DNA of 64,000 nucleotides. Origin: Candidatus Terraquivivens tikiterensis (GTDB lineage: Archaea > Thermoproteota > Nitrososphaeria_A > Caldarchaeales > Wolframiiraptoraceae). Positions 19,004 through 28,505 of the stretch are shown here, one piece after another (the first letter of the stretch is position 1; every line of letters starts with the position of its first letter). Location: positions 4,873 through 68,872 of the forward strand of contig NDWU01000005.1 in NCBI GenBank assembly GCA_003056285.1, in the 5' to 3' direction. The notes beneath the pieces are model-generated. The model was given only the letters and a program-made list of their open reading frames with translations. It was not told the origin of the DNA and ran no database searches. Position numbers and translations under genes: made by a program.

Positions 19004-19140
19004 ATCGAGCTCTTAAAACTACGTCCTTAATTATCTCCTTTTATAAAAAGGGGTGCCCAGAAAACCCTAACTTCAGTTAGGGGATGAATGGGCAAAATTT
19101 AAAATAGCTTTTGAATAAATTTAGATGGGAATGTTTTCCG

Positions 19141-19301
19141 ATGACGGAGCCTCGTGCTCTGAGTTCACTAAGGATAGCCCATGCGTTAACGAGACGCATG
19201 GGATGGGGGAGTGTGAGTCCCCCGAACCAGCAAATGAGGAGATAGGCATAAAGCCTGCTCTGAACGCTGGAAGCTCCCTACTGAAGTAGGGAGTAGCTCA
19301 C
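19141..19301 (+). mobile_element. Solo IS200/IS605 right end: TnpB C-terminal fragment plus terminal hairpin
   Basis: Near-identical to the 3' end of the TnpB at 53602 (..MGW..SPPNQ..IGIKPALNAGSSLLK versus ..MGWRSREPREPADEEVGAKPTLNAGSSLLQ). Perfect 8-bp hairpin CTCCCTAC-TGAA-GTAGGGAG at 19274-19293, then GTAGCTCAC. Confidence 0.65.
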
Positions 19302-19841
19302 GTATAACACCCTACGGATCGACTCCTCTAGCATGAAGCCCATGACGTTTATCGATACGATGGAACCTAAGGCTACGCCAACGATTACGGCAAGCGGGCC
19401 AGGCAACTCCAGACCAAAAAAGCCGTAGGAGCCCGGCATGCCCACCAGGATCCAGAGGTAACTCCCAACTACCAGCGTTACTATGCACGTTTGGACAAGC
19501 GTCGCGACGAACCTCCTCACCGCGCTGCCCCTCCTCCCTATCAACCATGCAAGGTAGCACGCCAAGAAGTTGGCCAAGGCACCGCCAGTCACGTCTATTA
19601 TGGATGCGCCGCCGAATAGCATCAGGCCGCCAGCGTAGTTGGCGACGGCGCAGCCTATGGTGAGGCCGTAAACCGCCGGCATTCCTAGTATTATCGAGAG
19701 CGGAAGGAGGGCATCGGCAACCCTTACCTGGAAGGGAAGGAAGCTGATGGGCGCAAGGGTCACCACCAGGACTGCGTAGAGAGCTGCCAGAAACGATGAA
19801 ACGGCTAAAGGCCTCGTCCTACTCTTCAAACGCAAAACCAC
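19278..19841 (-). CDS. queT: QueT-family membrane protein (queuosine-precursor ECF S component)
   Basis: 187 aa with ~6 TM helices. QueT-like N-terminal segment AALYAVLVVTLAPISFLPFQVRVADALLPL. The last codons and the stop lie in the IS hairpin. Confidence 0.55.
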   Translation of the reverse strand: MVLRLKSRTRPLAVSSFLAALYAVLVVTLAPISFLPFQVRVADALLPLSIILGMPAVYGLTIGCAVANYAGGLMLFGGASIIDVTGGALANFLACYLAWLIGRRGSAVRRFVATLVQTCIVTLVVGSYLWILVGMPGSYGFFGLELPGPLAVIVGVALGSIVSINVMGFMLEESIRRVLYVSYSLLQ

Positions 19842-19972
19842 CTACCTATTCTTCCCGTTCGTACAGCCGTATGCCTATCTTTGGGCCTTCTGAGGGTACA
19901 GTGGCTTAAATACGTATCGCATAATGGCTTTAGAAAATAGATTAATAGAGGCCATGCTTTGCCCTGTAAGTA

Positions 19973-20401
19973 ATGATGCTGCGGCCCTTGCAGGTGAAGG
20001 TCGTAAGGATAGACGAGCTCATCGAGCATGAGGAGATAGACCCAGTGCACTTAGAGGAGTTGAGGGCGGAGATAGTAAGCGACGGTTACCTCAAGAAATC
20101 CCTGGCCGTGGATTATAAAACCATGGTAATCTTGGACGGGCACCATCGCTACAATATACTAAAGGGGCTTGGGTGCAGCAAGGTTCCCGTGTCGTTCTTC
20201 GATTACGACTCGCCGCTGATACTGGTCGAGCCGGGTCCGCTCGGATTATCCGTTTCTAAGGACGTCGTGAGGGAGGCCGGCCTTAAAAGGAGAAAGCTTC
20301 CCCCGAAGTCTAGCTACCACGTGGTCCTGACGGATTCTGGAAAGATTCACCTGTCGGAATTCGAGCTGGACGTATACGCTCCTTTGGAAACGCTAAAGTA
20401 G
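19973..20401 (+). CDS. ParB/sulfiredoxin-like nuclease-domain protein
   Basis: ILDGHHRY motif of the ParB N-terminal/Srx fold. 142 aa. Confidence 0.65.
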   Translation: MMLRPLQVKVVRIDELIEHEEIDPVHLEELRAEIVSDGYLKKSLAVDYKTMVILDGHHRYNILKGLGCSKVPVSFFDYDSPLILVEPGPLGLSVSKDVVREAGLKRRKLPPKSSYHVVLTDSGKIHLSEFELDVYAPLETLK

Positions 20402-20438
20402 GGGTATCGCTATAACGTTTATGGGCTAGGATAAACGG

Positions 20439-20541
20439 GCGGGGGTTGCCAAGCCTGGTCAACGGCGCAGGGCTCAGATTTCGTATAGGATGGGATACCC
20501 TGTCCCGTAGGGGTTCGTGGGTTCAAATCCCACCCCCCGCA
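20439..20541 (+). tRNA. tRNA-Leu (anticodon CAG) with an 18-nt canonical-position intron
   Basis: Hand-folded. Acceptor GCGGGGG/CCCCCGC, anticodon stem CAGGG/CCCTG, loop CTCAGA-[intron 20479-20496]-A. Long variable arm CCCGTAGGG, T arm GTGGG-TTCAAAT-CCCAC, discriminator A. Confidence 0.85.
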
Positions 20542-20587
20542 CTAATTATAAATAAAATACTTGAACGTTGTTCATTTTTGTTGGTGG

Positions 20588-20872
20588 TTGCAACGAAGCC
20601 TGATAGGGGTAAGACTCGCACGATTTAAGGATCGCGCCATTTATGTTTATTTGCCTTCTTTAGAGATGGTTGAGGATTCTATTAGGCGTGAGGAGTGTGA
20701 AGAAGGATATCTCAGCCGGGCTGAGCTAATTAGGCGTTTGCGGGATGCTGAGGAGGAGTTGAAGAGGCTGCGCGAGGGGAACAGGCTTTTGAAGAGGTTG
20801 GCGGAGAACTTAGATAATGAGCTTAAGCGTTATCGTGCTCAGCCCTTCCTCCAGGAGACTTTGAAGGCGTAA
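20588..20872 (+). CDS. Ribbon-helix-helix (CopG-like) protein with C-terminal coiled coil
   Basis: IYVYLPSLEMVEDSIRRE..GYLSRAELIRRL fits a strand-helix-helix RHH pattern, followed by a charged heptad-like tail. The start is uncertain (TTG 20588 or ATG 20666). Confidence 0.4.
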   Translation: MQRSLIGVRLARFKDRAIYVYLPSLEMVEDSIRREECEEGYLSRAELIRRLRDAEEELKRLREGNRLLKRLAENLDNELKRYRAQPFLQETLKA

Positions 20873-20889
20873 GGAGGTTCGATAAGAAC

Positions 20890-21063
20890 TTGATAGATTT
20901 GTTGAGGGAGGGTGGGTCTTATTCACAGGAAGAGATTCTGGCGCAATTAAACATTAACCCTTCTGATGTGGATTTAGTTAAGGCTGTTGACAGGCAGCTT
21001 GAAGCCTTAGAGGCTTATGGCCTAGTAGAATACAAGGGTAGGGGTTGGAGGTGGACTGGTTAA
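20890..21063 (+). CDS. Small winged-helix-like protein (57 aa, below ORF-track cutoff)
   Basis: Own translation: ..DLLREGGSYSQEEILAQLNINPSDVDLVKAVDRQLEALEAYGLVEYKGRGWRWTG. TTG start. Lies between the RHH gene and the integrase. Confidence 0.3.
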   Translation: MIDLLREGGSYSQEEILAQLNINPSDVDLVKAVDRQLEALEAYGLVEYKGRGWRWTG

Positions 21064-21092
21064 GCCTAAAAACTTTGCAGAAACCATAAGCC

Positions 21093-21930
21093 TTGATTGA
21101 GGATTTCAGCCGGGACTATAGGCTTAGGGGCATGACAGGGGAAAGCGTAAGGAGATACGCGTCAAGCCTAAGGATATTTGCAAAGTTCCTCGAAGAGCGT
21201 AGCTTGAATATAAATGATGTAAACGCTAATATGCTTAGGGGTTTCTCCAACATTTAATTTATGAGCATAAAGCCAAGCATAAGACGATTGAGAATTATTT
21301 TTCTGCGCTTTCAGCCTTCTATGACTTTTTGTCCTTTGAGGGGTACGTGTCCTACAATATTGTTCTTCTATTCAGAAAGAGGTACCTGAAACGGTATAAG
21401 GATGGTTATGATGATCCTGAGAGGAAGCTTTTAAGCGTTGAGGAGATAAGCCGCCTCCTAAACTCCATTCTGGATCCTAGGGATAAGGCCATAGCCGTAT
21501 TACTCGCGAAGACTGGAATAAGGAGGGGTGAGCTTTTGAGGCTTGACGTTGAAGACATAAATTGGGCTGAATACTTTATAATGCTTAAGCCTACGCCTAA
21601 AAGGAGCAACCGCACCGTGTTTTTTTGATGATGAGTGCGCAGCTGCGCTTCGAAGATGGCTTAAGGTTAGGGAGAAGCTTAACCCGCCTACAAAGGCGCT
21701 TTTCATAAGCTACCAAAGCTTGAGAAGGCTGGACAGAAACGGCCTATACACAGCCATAGTAAAATATGCGAGACGCTTAGGCTTCCACAACCCAGACTCA
21801 CCAAAGCTGGAAGATCACTTCGGCCCTCACTGTTTTAGACATTGGTTCACAACGTGGTTATTGAGAAATGGCATGCCGCGCGAATACGTCAAAGAACTCA
21901 GAGGCGACAGACGCCATCTCGAAAATTAAT
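21093..21930 (+). pseudogene. Tyrosine recombinase/integrase (XerC/D-like), frameshifted and 3'-truncated
   Basis: SAM-like N-domain (IEDF..RYASSLRIFAKFLEE). Catalytic Arg (AKTGIRRGELLRL) and HxxR (PHCFRHW) are present. There are frame changes near 21250 and in the T7 run at 20620-21626 region (T7 run 21620-21626). The ORF ends ..ELRGDRRHLEN before the catalytic Tyr region. Confidence 0.8.
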
Positions 21931-22359
21931 GTTACAGCTTTGAATGAATTCGTAACTTAATTTTTCTTTCTCGGGGATGTATTTAGGAACAAGTTTCAAC
22001 TTCATTCCTGCTTTGATATCTTCTGGTTTAATACCCGTGAACCAAGCCATTACATTAGGGCCTTCTTTAAGTTTTGCTATGGCTATTATGTATGGGGAAT
22101 GTTGTGAAAAGCTCTTGGGGCTGACATGGACAATTGTCCATGTGATTAATTCAGCGTCGCCAGTTAGTTCTATCCAATTCATGTTAGAGGAATAGCATCT
22201 GGGACAGTCGGCGGTTGGTGGGAAATATGTCTCTCCGCATTTTGTACATTTTGTGGCGAAGAGCTTCCCCTGTTTTAGTCCTTCCCAGAATTTTGCTATT
22301 CTAGTTTGCGGGATCTCCATATCGATGTTTAACGTGTTTTTAATTGTTGGTTGTTCCAT
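21898..22359 (-). CDS. DUF35 OB-fold/zinc-ribbon protein (thiolase partner)
   Basis: CTKCGETYFPPTADCPRC rubredoxin-like ribbon followed by an OB fold. Its start directly abuts the thiolase stop codon. Confidence 0.8.
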   Translation of the reverse strand: MEQPTIKNTLNIDMEIPQTRIAKFWEGLKQGKLFATKCTKCGETYFPPTADCPRCYSSNMNWIELTGDAELITWTIVHVSPKSFSQHSPYIIAIAKLKEGPNVMAWFTGIKPEDIKAGMKLKLVPKYIPEKEKLSYEFIQSCNINFRDGVCRL

Positions 22360-23520
22360 TTAGCCTTCCCTTCCATAGATTGTTACGTAGCAGAATTGGC
22401 CGGCTGCGCCGACGTTATGAACTAAGCCGACTTCGGCTTTTGGAACTTGTCTTTTTCCAGCTTCTCCTCGGAGCTGTTTAACGATTTCTGCTGTCATTGC
22501 TACTCCGCTAGCTCCGATTGGGTGACCCTTACTTTTTAGTCCTCCGTCAACGTTTACTGGTATTTTGCCTCCGATGTATGTTTGCCCCTCCTCGATTAGC
22601 TTTCCTCCCTCTCCTTTTTTGCAGAATCCTAAGTCTTCGTAGGCTATTATTTCGGCTATTGTGAAGCAGTCGTGCACTTCTGCGACGTCTACATCTTTAG
22701 GTTCTATTCCCGTCATTTTGTAAGCTTGCTTTGAGGCTAGTACTGTAGCTTGAAGGGTTGAGATATCTTTTCTCCTACCTAAGTAGCCTGTGTCGGTAGC
22801 TGATCCAAGTCCACGTATCCACACCGGCGTGTCAGTTATCTTTTTAGCTTTATCTTCAGATGCCAGCATAACAGCGGCGGCGCCATCCGATATTAAGCAG
22901 CAGTCATAAAGTTTTAATGGCCAAGCGATGACTCGTGAATTGATTGCTTCTTCAACTGTGATTTCTCGGTGGAGTTGTGCAAGAGGGTTCATTGCTCCAT
23001 ACTTATGGTTCTTTACAGCGACCATTGCAAGTTGTTCTTCTGTTGTGCCGTATTTGTTCATATGATCTGTTGCAATTAGAGCATAGTAGCCGGGGAACGT
23101 TGTGCCAAATGGTATGAACTCCCATAAAACGTCTCCCGCTCTGCCTAAAAGCTCCACCGCAGTCGGGGTGTCTACTTGAAACATTTTTTCAACCCCTATT
23201 GCCAATGCGATGTCTGTTAAACCTGATCTTACACTCCAGTAGGCTGCGTGTACTGCAGCGCTTCCTGATGCACATGCGGCCTCAACTCTCATCGCCCCCT
23301 TCGGGTTTAGCCCTGCATATTCTAAGATATATGGGGCGGGGCACATATCTTCGGAGAAGCCTCCATAGTTGGCGACCACGGCGAAGCCTACATCTGAAGG
23401 TGTTAGCCCTGAGTCTTCAAGGGCTTCTTTAATTGCTTCGAAGGCAAGTTCCCTAATTGTTACGTCGCTCCTTTTTCCGAATTTAGTGTGACCTATTCCA
23501 ACAACCGCCACTTTACCCAA
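22360..23520 (-). CDS. Thiolase-like acetyl-CoA acetyltransferase (archaeal type)
   Basis: Active-site Cys context AACASGSAAV and C-terminal GHPIGASG. 386 aa. Confidence 0.85.
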   Translation of the reverse strand: MGKVAVVGIGHTKFGKRSDVTIRELAFEAIKEALEDSGLTPSDVGFAVVANYGGFSEDMCPAPYILEYAGLNPKGAMRVEAACASGSAAVHAAYWSVRSGLTDIALAIGVEKMFQVDTPTAVELLGRAGDVLWEFIPFGTTFPGYYALIATDHMNKYGTTEEQLAMVAVKNHKYGAMNPLAQLHREITVEEAINSRVIAWPLKLYDCCLISDGAAAVMLASEDKAKKITDTPVWIRGLGSATDTGYLGRRKDISTLQATVLASKQAYKMTGIEPKDVDVAEVHDCFTIAEIIAYEDLGFCKKGEGGKLIEEGQTYIGGKIPVNVDGGLKSKGHPIGASGVAMTAEIVKQLRGEAGKRQVPKAEVGLVHNVGAAGQFCYVTIYGREG

Positions 23521-23529
23521 TCAAATCAC

Positions 23530-23721
23530 CTATTTCCCCTTCCAGACAGGCCTCCTTTTAGCCAGAAAGGGGGTTAAGCCCTCTTCAGCATCTTCAGAGC
23601 TGTAGAGTAGTGCGAACGTTGCTTTTTCGAATTCCAACCCCTCGTACCCTCCATAGGCAGGGTGTACTGGACCTATCTTCAGCATCTCATCCGGGAATGG
23701 CGCCTCAAACATTTCACCCAA
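23530..23721 (-). pseudogene. Enoyl-CoA hydratase (crotonase) C-terminal fragment
   Basis: Only 63 aa, ending ..SEDAEEGLTPFLAKRRPVWKGK, a typical crotonase C-terminus. No N-terminal catalytic part is present. Confidence 0.5.
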
Positions 23722-23729
23722 TTTCTCTT

Positions 23730-24404
23730 TCAGAGTTTTCCCTCCTTCTCCGTAAAAGATTTTAACAAAAGCAGTCCAGCCAGTATATTTTCATATGAGT
23801 GGAGAAGACAGTCGCTCATAGATATATCAATGTATTCTCCTTCACCTGTCTTCTCCCTTTTCAATAGGGATGGAACGATGGCTAAAGCAGCGTGTGTGCC
23901 AGCGAACGTGTCTCCAATACTAGTCGTTGCAATGGAGCTATCAGCTTGTCTCCATATATATCCCGAAAGTGTTTGAACCAATAAATCGTATTCCGGGAAG
24001 GATGAGTACGATCCGTGTTGACCGAAAGTGTTATGGAGCAATAAACGATTTTGGGATTTAGACTCCTCGCAGTTTCGTAGTCTAAGCCAAGCTTCTTCAT
24101 TACCCCCTACCTGAAAGTTTTCAATTATCACGTCGCATTTCTCAATCAGTTTGTAAATGATCTCTCGTCCTTTATCGGTTCTCAGGTTTACACAAATGCT
24201 TTTCTTTCCCCGATTTAAGTTTAGAAAGTAGGAGGATAGGCTTTTATCCTCTTTTTCGAAATATATAAATAAATATCGAGTCATATCACCATAGGGGTAT
24301 CTTTCAGCTTTTATTACCTCCATTCCCAGGTCATGCAGAAGCTTGGTGCAGAAAGGACCGGCAAGCGCTCATGTGAAGTCTAAAACTCGATACCCCCTCT
24401 AATG
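23730..24404 (-). pseudogene. Family III CoA-transferase (CaiB/BaiF-like), multiple frameshifts
   Basis: Homology runs through three frames: MRLPLEGV..(stop)..AGPFCTKLLHDLGMEVIKAE, then ENFQVGG, then MKKLGLDYETARSLNPKIVYCSIT, then FGQHGSYSSFPEYDLLVQTLSG. Confidence 0.65.
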
Positions 24405-24420
24405 GGAGCCTCATGGTGCA

Positions 24421-25887
24421 TCAGCCTTCAAACTCTGGAAATTCTTCAAATTTCTTTATCCCTGCTAGGCATTTAGCAATTTCTTTGCGCTTATTGAAGT
24501 CGTAGCCCCTATATATGGTGATTCTCTGCGCTTCCGGTGATCCTCCACCATGGCAGCTGGCGACCATAATCCATCCTGCAAAACCGTGGGCTGTAAGGTC
24601 TTCGGCGAGTTTAAAGGCGCGCACCCTATGTTCGGTTGGGATGTCGGCTTTACCTTTCAAATACTTTTCCAAGTAATTCTTAAGTTCTGGATGGAAGTAG
24701 TCCTTCTCGGATGGACAGGTTATTGTGAGGCCGCCCGCTATGTCATGGACGCGGTAAATCTCTTCGTAAATATGTGTGCCAGCTATGTATTTACCAATGT
24801 TGACAAGCGTTATGTTGGGGACGTAGGTTCCTGGGCCCATTGGTTTTCCCTGAACTGAACCGGCAATACCGCAAGCGTATATTTCTTCGGCCGTACATAC
24901 AATGTCTGTGAGTTTACTTTGTATGTGGGATGCCCCTTCAACGTTATTGTATTCAGCGAGTAAAGCGGCGATGCCCATAAGTACGTCGCTAACTCCAGGT
25001 TTGCATCCACAATAACTATGCCTGTGGTATATGGCGAAAAGCTCAGCTGCTGATCCTGCAAACTCCCATTCCCCACACATGAAAACTCTATCCATCGGCA
25101 CGAAAACATCATCAAAAATTGTGACAGTTTCTGTGACTCCCCATCTACTTCTAAATGGTGAATCCATTTTTCCCCTTTCACGGGGAACCGTTGAGCGAGC
25201 CACAAACTTTAACCCTTCCGCGTCAACAGGCACTGCAAAGGCAACAGCGTAGTCTTTGTCCTTATCCCTTAATGCACGTGTCGGCATTACTATAATTTCA
25301 TTTGATGGAACGGCCGCTGTTGTATGAGCTTTAGCTCCCCTAACAACTATTCCATCATCACGCTTCTCAACTATCCGCAAATAAAGATCCGGATCGACTT
25401 GCTCTGAAGGCCTAAGGCTTCTATCACCTTTCACGTCCGTCATGGCGCATGTCGCCGCGATATCCTCCTTCTGGAAATACTTTACATAATTCACCAAATT
25501 CGAGTAGTAGTTTGTTTTATGTTTCTTATCTATTCTATTTCATTATGTTATTATTGATAGGGCGTTAAGCGCGTCGACAGCCATGCAACGCTGAATGCAA
25601 CAACAATAACGTGCGTACATCCTTGTCATTTTAACCTTCTTGATTAGATCCTCCGTGCTCTGATGTATATGGGTAAATCTATTTATTTTCTCACCTGTTA
25701 AGTGAGATCTCGCCGTTGTCAACTCCTCATATTTTGGGTTTTGTGCCATCTCATATGTCAGCGCAAGTACATCAATTTGAGGTTTGATCAAGGGATGGTT
25801 TACACGGTCTTCAATTTTTTCTCCAAACATATAAATAGTTGGCTTCTGTTTCTTCAAACTTTCGATATACTGTTCCTTCGTCTTCAT
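24421..25887 (-). pseudogene. abfD: 4-hydroxybutyryl-CoA dehydratase/vinylacetyl-CoA isomerase (AbfD family) interrupted by tandem in-frame stops
   Basis: The N-terminal piece (25543-25887) carries the cluster-ligand region CCCIQRC. The C-terminal piece (24421-25497) carries HRHSYCGCKPG. Both are in the same frame, separated by TAA-TGA (25540-25545) plus 14 sense codons. Confidence 0.75.
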
Positions 25888-25943
25888 ATTAATCCCCCAT
25901 TATACGACCATTCAAAAACCACTTAAGCTTTTTCATAAAAAAC

Positions 25944-26696
25944 TTATATCATGACAAGTCCGCCGTCGAGTGCTATTATTTCCCCAGTTATATAGTTGCT
26001 CTTGTCTGAAGCTAGAAATACGACAAGCGCTGCAACTTCTTCCGGTTTGCCGATCCTGCCGAGCGGTATTCTAGGAATATACTTTTCTTGGAATTTGGGT
26101 TCCTTAAGCCACTCCGTCATAGCTGTCTCGATAAAACCTGGAGCAACAGCGTTAACCGTGATTCCATATCGAGCAAGCTCCTTTGCCGCTGTTTTAGTCA
26201 GCCCAAATATTCCCGCTTTTGACGCAGCATAGTTTATATTTCCAATCATCCCATCCCTACCCGCAATTGATGCAATATTTATTATTTTGCCCGTCCTCCT
26301 CTCAATCATATGCGGGGCAACCGCCCGAATACAATTTAAAGTGCCCGTTAAATTCACGTTTATTACGCTACTCCACTCTTCTTCCGTAATTTTGTAGCAC
26401 ATGGCAGGCCGAGCGATACCAGCATTATTGACTAGTATGTCCACTTTTCCAAGACTGCCTATGGTTTCTTTAATGAGTTTTTCAGCCTCTGACATTCTGC
26501 TAACGTCAGCGACTATGCCTATCGCCTTTCTACCCAAATCCTTGATTTCCTTTACCACTCGGTTCATTTCCTCAACGCTTTTGCTCACATTCACCACCAC
26601 ATCTGCCCCTTTGCTTGCCAAGGCCAATGCTATGGCACGTCCTATACCACGTCCCGAACCCGTAACAATAGCCACCTTACCATCCAACTCTCCCAA
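25944..26696 (-). CDS. Short-chain dehydrogenase, 3-oxoacyl reductase (FabG-like)
   Basis: TGSGRGIGRA cofactor motif, NNAG, and catalytic YAASKAG. 250 aa. Confidence 0.85.
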   Translation of the reverse strand: MGELDGKVAIVTGSGRGIGRAIALALASKGADVVVNVSKSVEEMNRVVKEIKDLGRKAIGIVADVSRMSEAEKLIKETIGSLGKVDILVNNAGIARPAMCYKITEEEWSSVINVNLTGTLNCIRAVAPHMIERRTGKIINIASIAGRDGMIGNINYAASKAGIFGLTKTAAKELARYGITVNAVAPGFIETAMTEWLKEPKFQEKYIPRIPLGRIGKPEEVAALVVFLASDKSNYITGEIIALDGGLVMI

Positions 26697-27289
26697 TTCA
26701 TCCTACCTCTCATTTTTAAAATATTATATCAAATGGTTTGACATAAACATTTATTCTTTCGCATAACCTCTAACATTTTCACGTGCGATGAAAATCGATT
26801 GTTTTATGCCTTTGCTTAAGTATATTTTTGCGCGCAATACAATTAGGAAAAGAGTCGAATAACTGTTTATCACAAAATCATCCTTAAAATAATGGATCAA
26901 CAAACCAAACAATAAAATAACCTCATTCTCATGCATCGGCTTGTAAAGAAAACCACTCTTTGCAAACCATAAATATCCCCAATCCATCGCAAACCATGTA
27001 ATAAAATTCCTTCAATGATGCTGATAGGACTATGCCTGTTCATGAACCAAAAATAATTTGAAAGTAGGCGACGTTTTGCTGCATCATGCTACCAAATAAA
27101 ATTAAACGACATTTCAGGCGATTCTGTAGAACATAATGGAAAAATGCGACGGATATTGTACATAACCACAAATATGCATGGTATCTTTGGTCACAAAAAC
27201 GAAACAGATTATAAGTTGTCACGGGGAAAACGAGAAAGCACCACAAATTTTGCAGAATTAGCTAGCCTAAACGGCTCAAAAACGCATAG

Positions 27290-28070
27290 GCGCGTCAGTC
27301 CTCGGGATCCTCGCCGAGGAGCCAGCGGTAATCCTCACGCCTTATGACGCCCTTCTCATATAGCCACACGATCTCCTCACGGTCGCACTCCTCCCTTAGA
27401 ACTCCAACACCAACTCAACCTCGAAGTAACCTAAAGCATCCTCCAAAACCTTCTCCACAAGATCCTTCTCGTTAACGTTGCTGAATCCTCAGCATGCCCC
27501 AATGGTAGGCCCTCCATGTCAAGTAGGAATAGGTTTCTATAGCCCAAACAGAAGCCTTCAGGGCCCTTCCAACCCTAGCCTCAGGATCTCTAAGGCCTCT
27601 TGTGTTGTCTTTTGGGTCCCTGCTGCTCCAAGCCTTAAGGTCCATCCCGTCAAAGCATGCTGCCTGAATTAGGTCAGCGGCCAACATTGGGTGCTGAAGC
27701 CTAAGCTTATAAGCCTCCCCACGTAGATAGCGTTCAATAGCCTTAAAGCCATCCTACCAATCCGCCTCTTCATCTGGCTGAAATGAGCCTCAGTGGGCAC
27801 CCTATCCCTATAGCCGCAAACTTCTCTGAAATAAGCGCTCCCCTCAAAAGCCTAACCAAGTCCTTAACGTATCTAAGCTGCAAAAGCAACCGCAACATCA
27901 AAGCCCTCAAATCTTACTCAAGATCATAAACTGCAGGCCTACCTGGACCATCAACGTGAAGGTCAACCCAAAGAATCGCGCGGATAGGCTTAAAATCCAC
28001 CAACTTGAACAACAGCTTAGGAGAGCCAGCCTCCTCCATCAATAATCAAGACGGAGAAGGCTGACTCTCC
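27290..28070 (-). pseudogene. Degenerate DDE transposase remnant
   Basis: The minus strand reads in broken frames. The longest piece contains RDPEARVGR, resembling the DP(D/E)Axxg motif of IS4/IS5-like transposases. No intact ORF. Confidence 0.35.
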
Positions 28071-28505
28071 AAAATAAACATTCAAGAACCATATAACTCA
28101 CCATACACGCCAAAAACTGCCCTAAACACCAAAAGAGAAATAAAAACCATTTTTAACCAATTATTTAGCAGCCCCGCGCATCATGCTATTTACATAAGCA
28201 TAGAGGAGAAACCGATCAGATTAAACATGGAAACTCATCACTTTTAAAATAATGGTTTCAAGAATAAACTGGGATAGGCATGAAGTGAAGATTCATAGAT
28301 AGCGTATGTCGTGGTCTATTAACATATGAAAGTGAATGTTGGAGTTTGGAGCAGAGCACCACAAAACTTGACTCTTAAACCCCAATCGATGGAAAACTTT
28401 GCGCACAGACCAACCCTAACACCATATCACCCTTAACTGCGCGTCTTGGTTAAACTGCAAACCATTTAAAGTTAAAAAATGGGAATAAAAGGGTGGTGTG
28501 GTATT

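Noticed and set aside
25540-25545. Recoding (selenocysteine or pyrrolysine) as an explanation for the in-frame stops in the AbfD gene
   Set aside because: The stops are TAA followed by TGA. TAA is not a recoding codon, no SECIS-like element was looked for successfully, and the neighbouring genes are also decaying.
26751-27246. Two small AT-rich minus-strand ORFs (78 and 68 aa) with hydrophobic stretches
   Set aside because: No start or RBS context and no motif. They lie in very AT-rich sequence where random ORFs are expected. They may be fragments of a dead membrane-protein gene, but this is not supportable.
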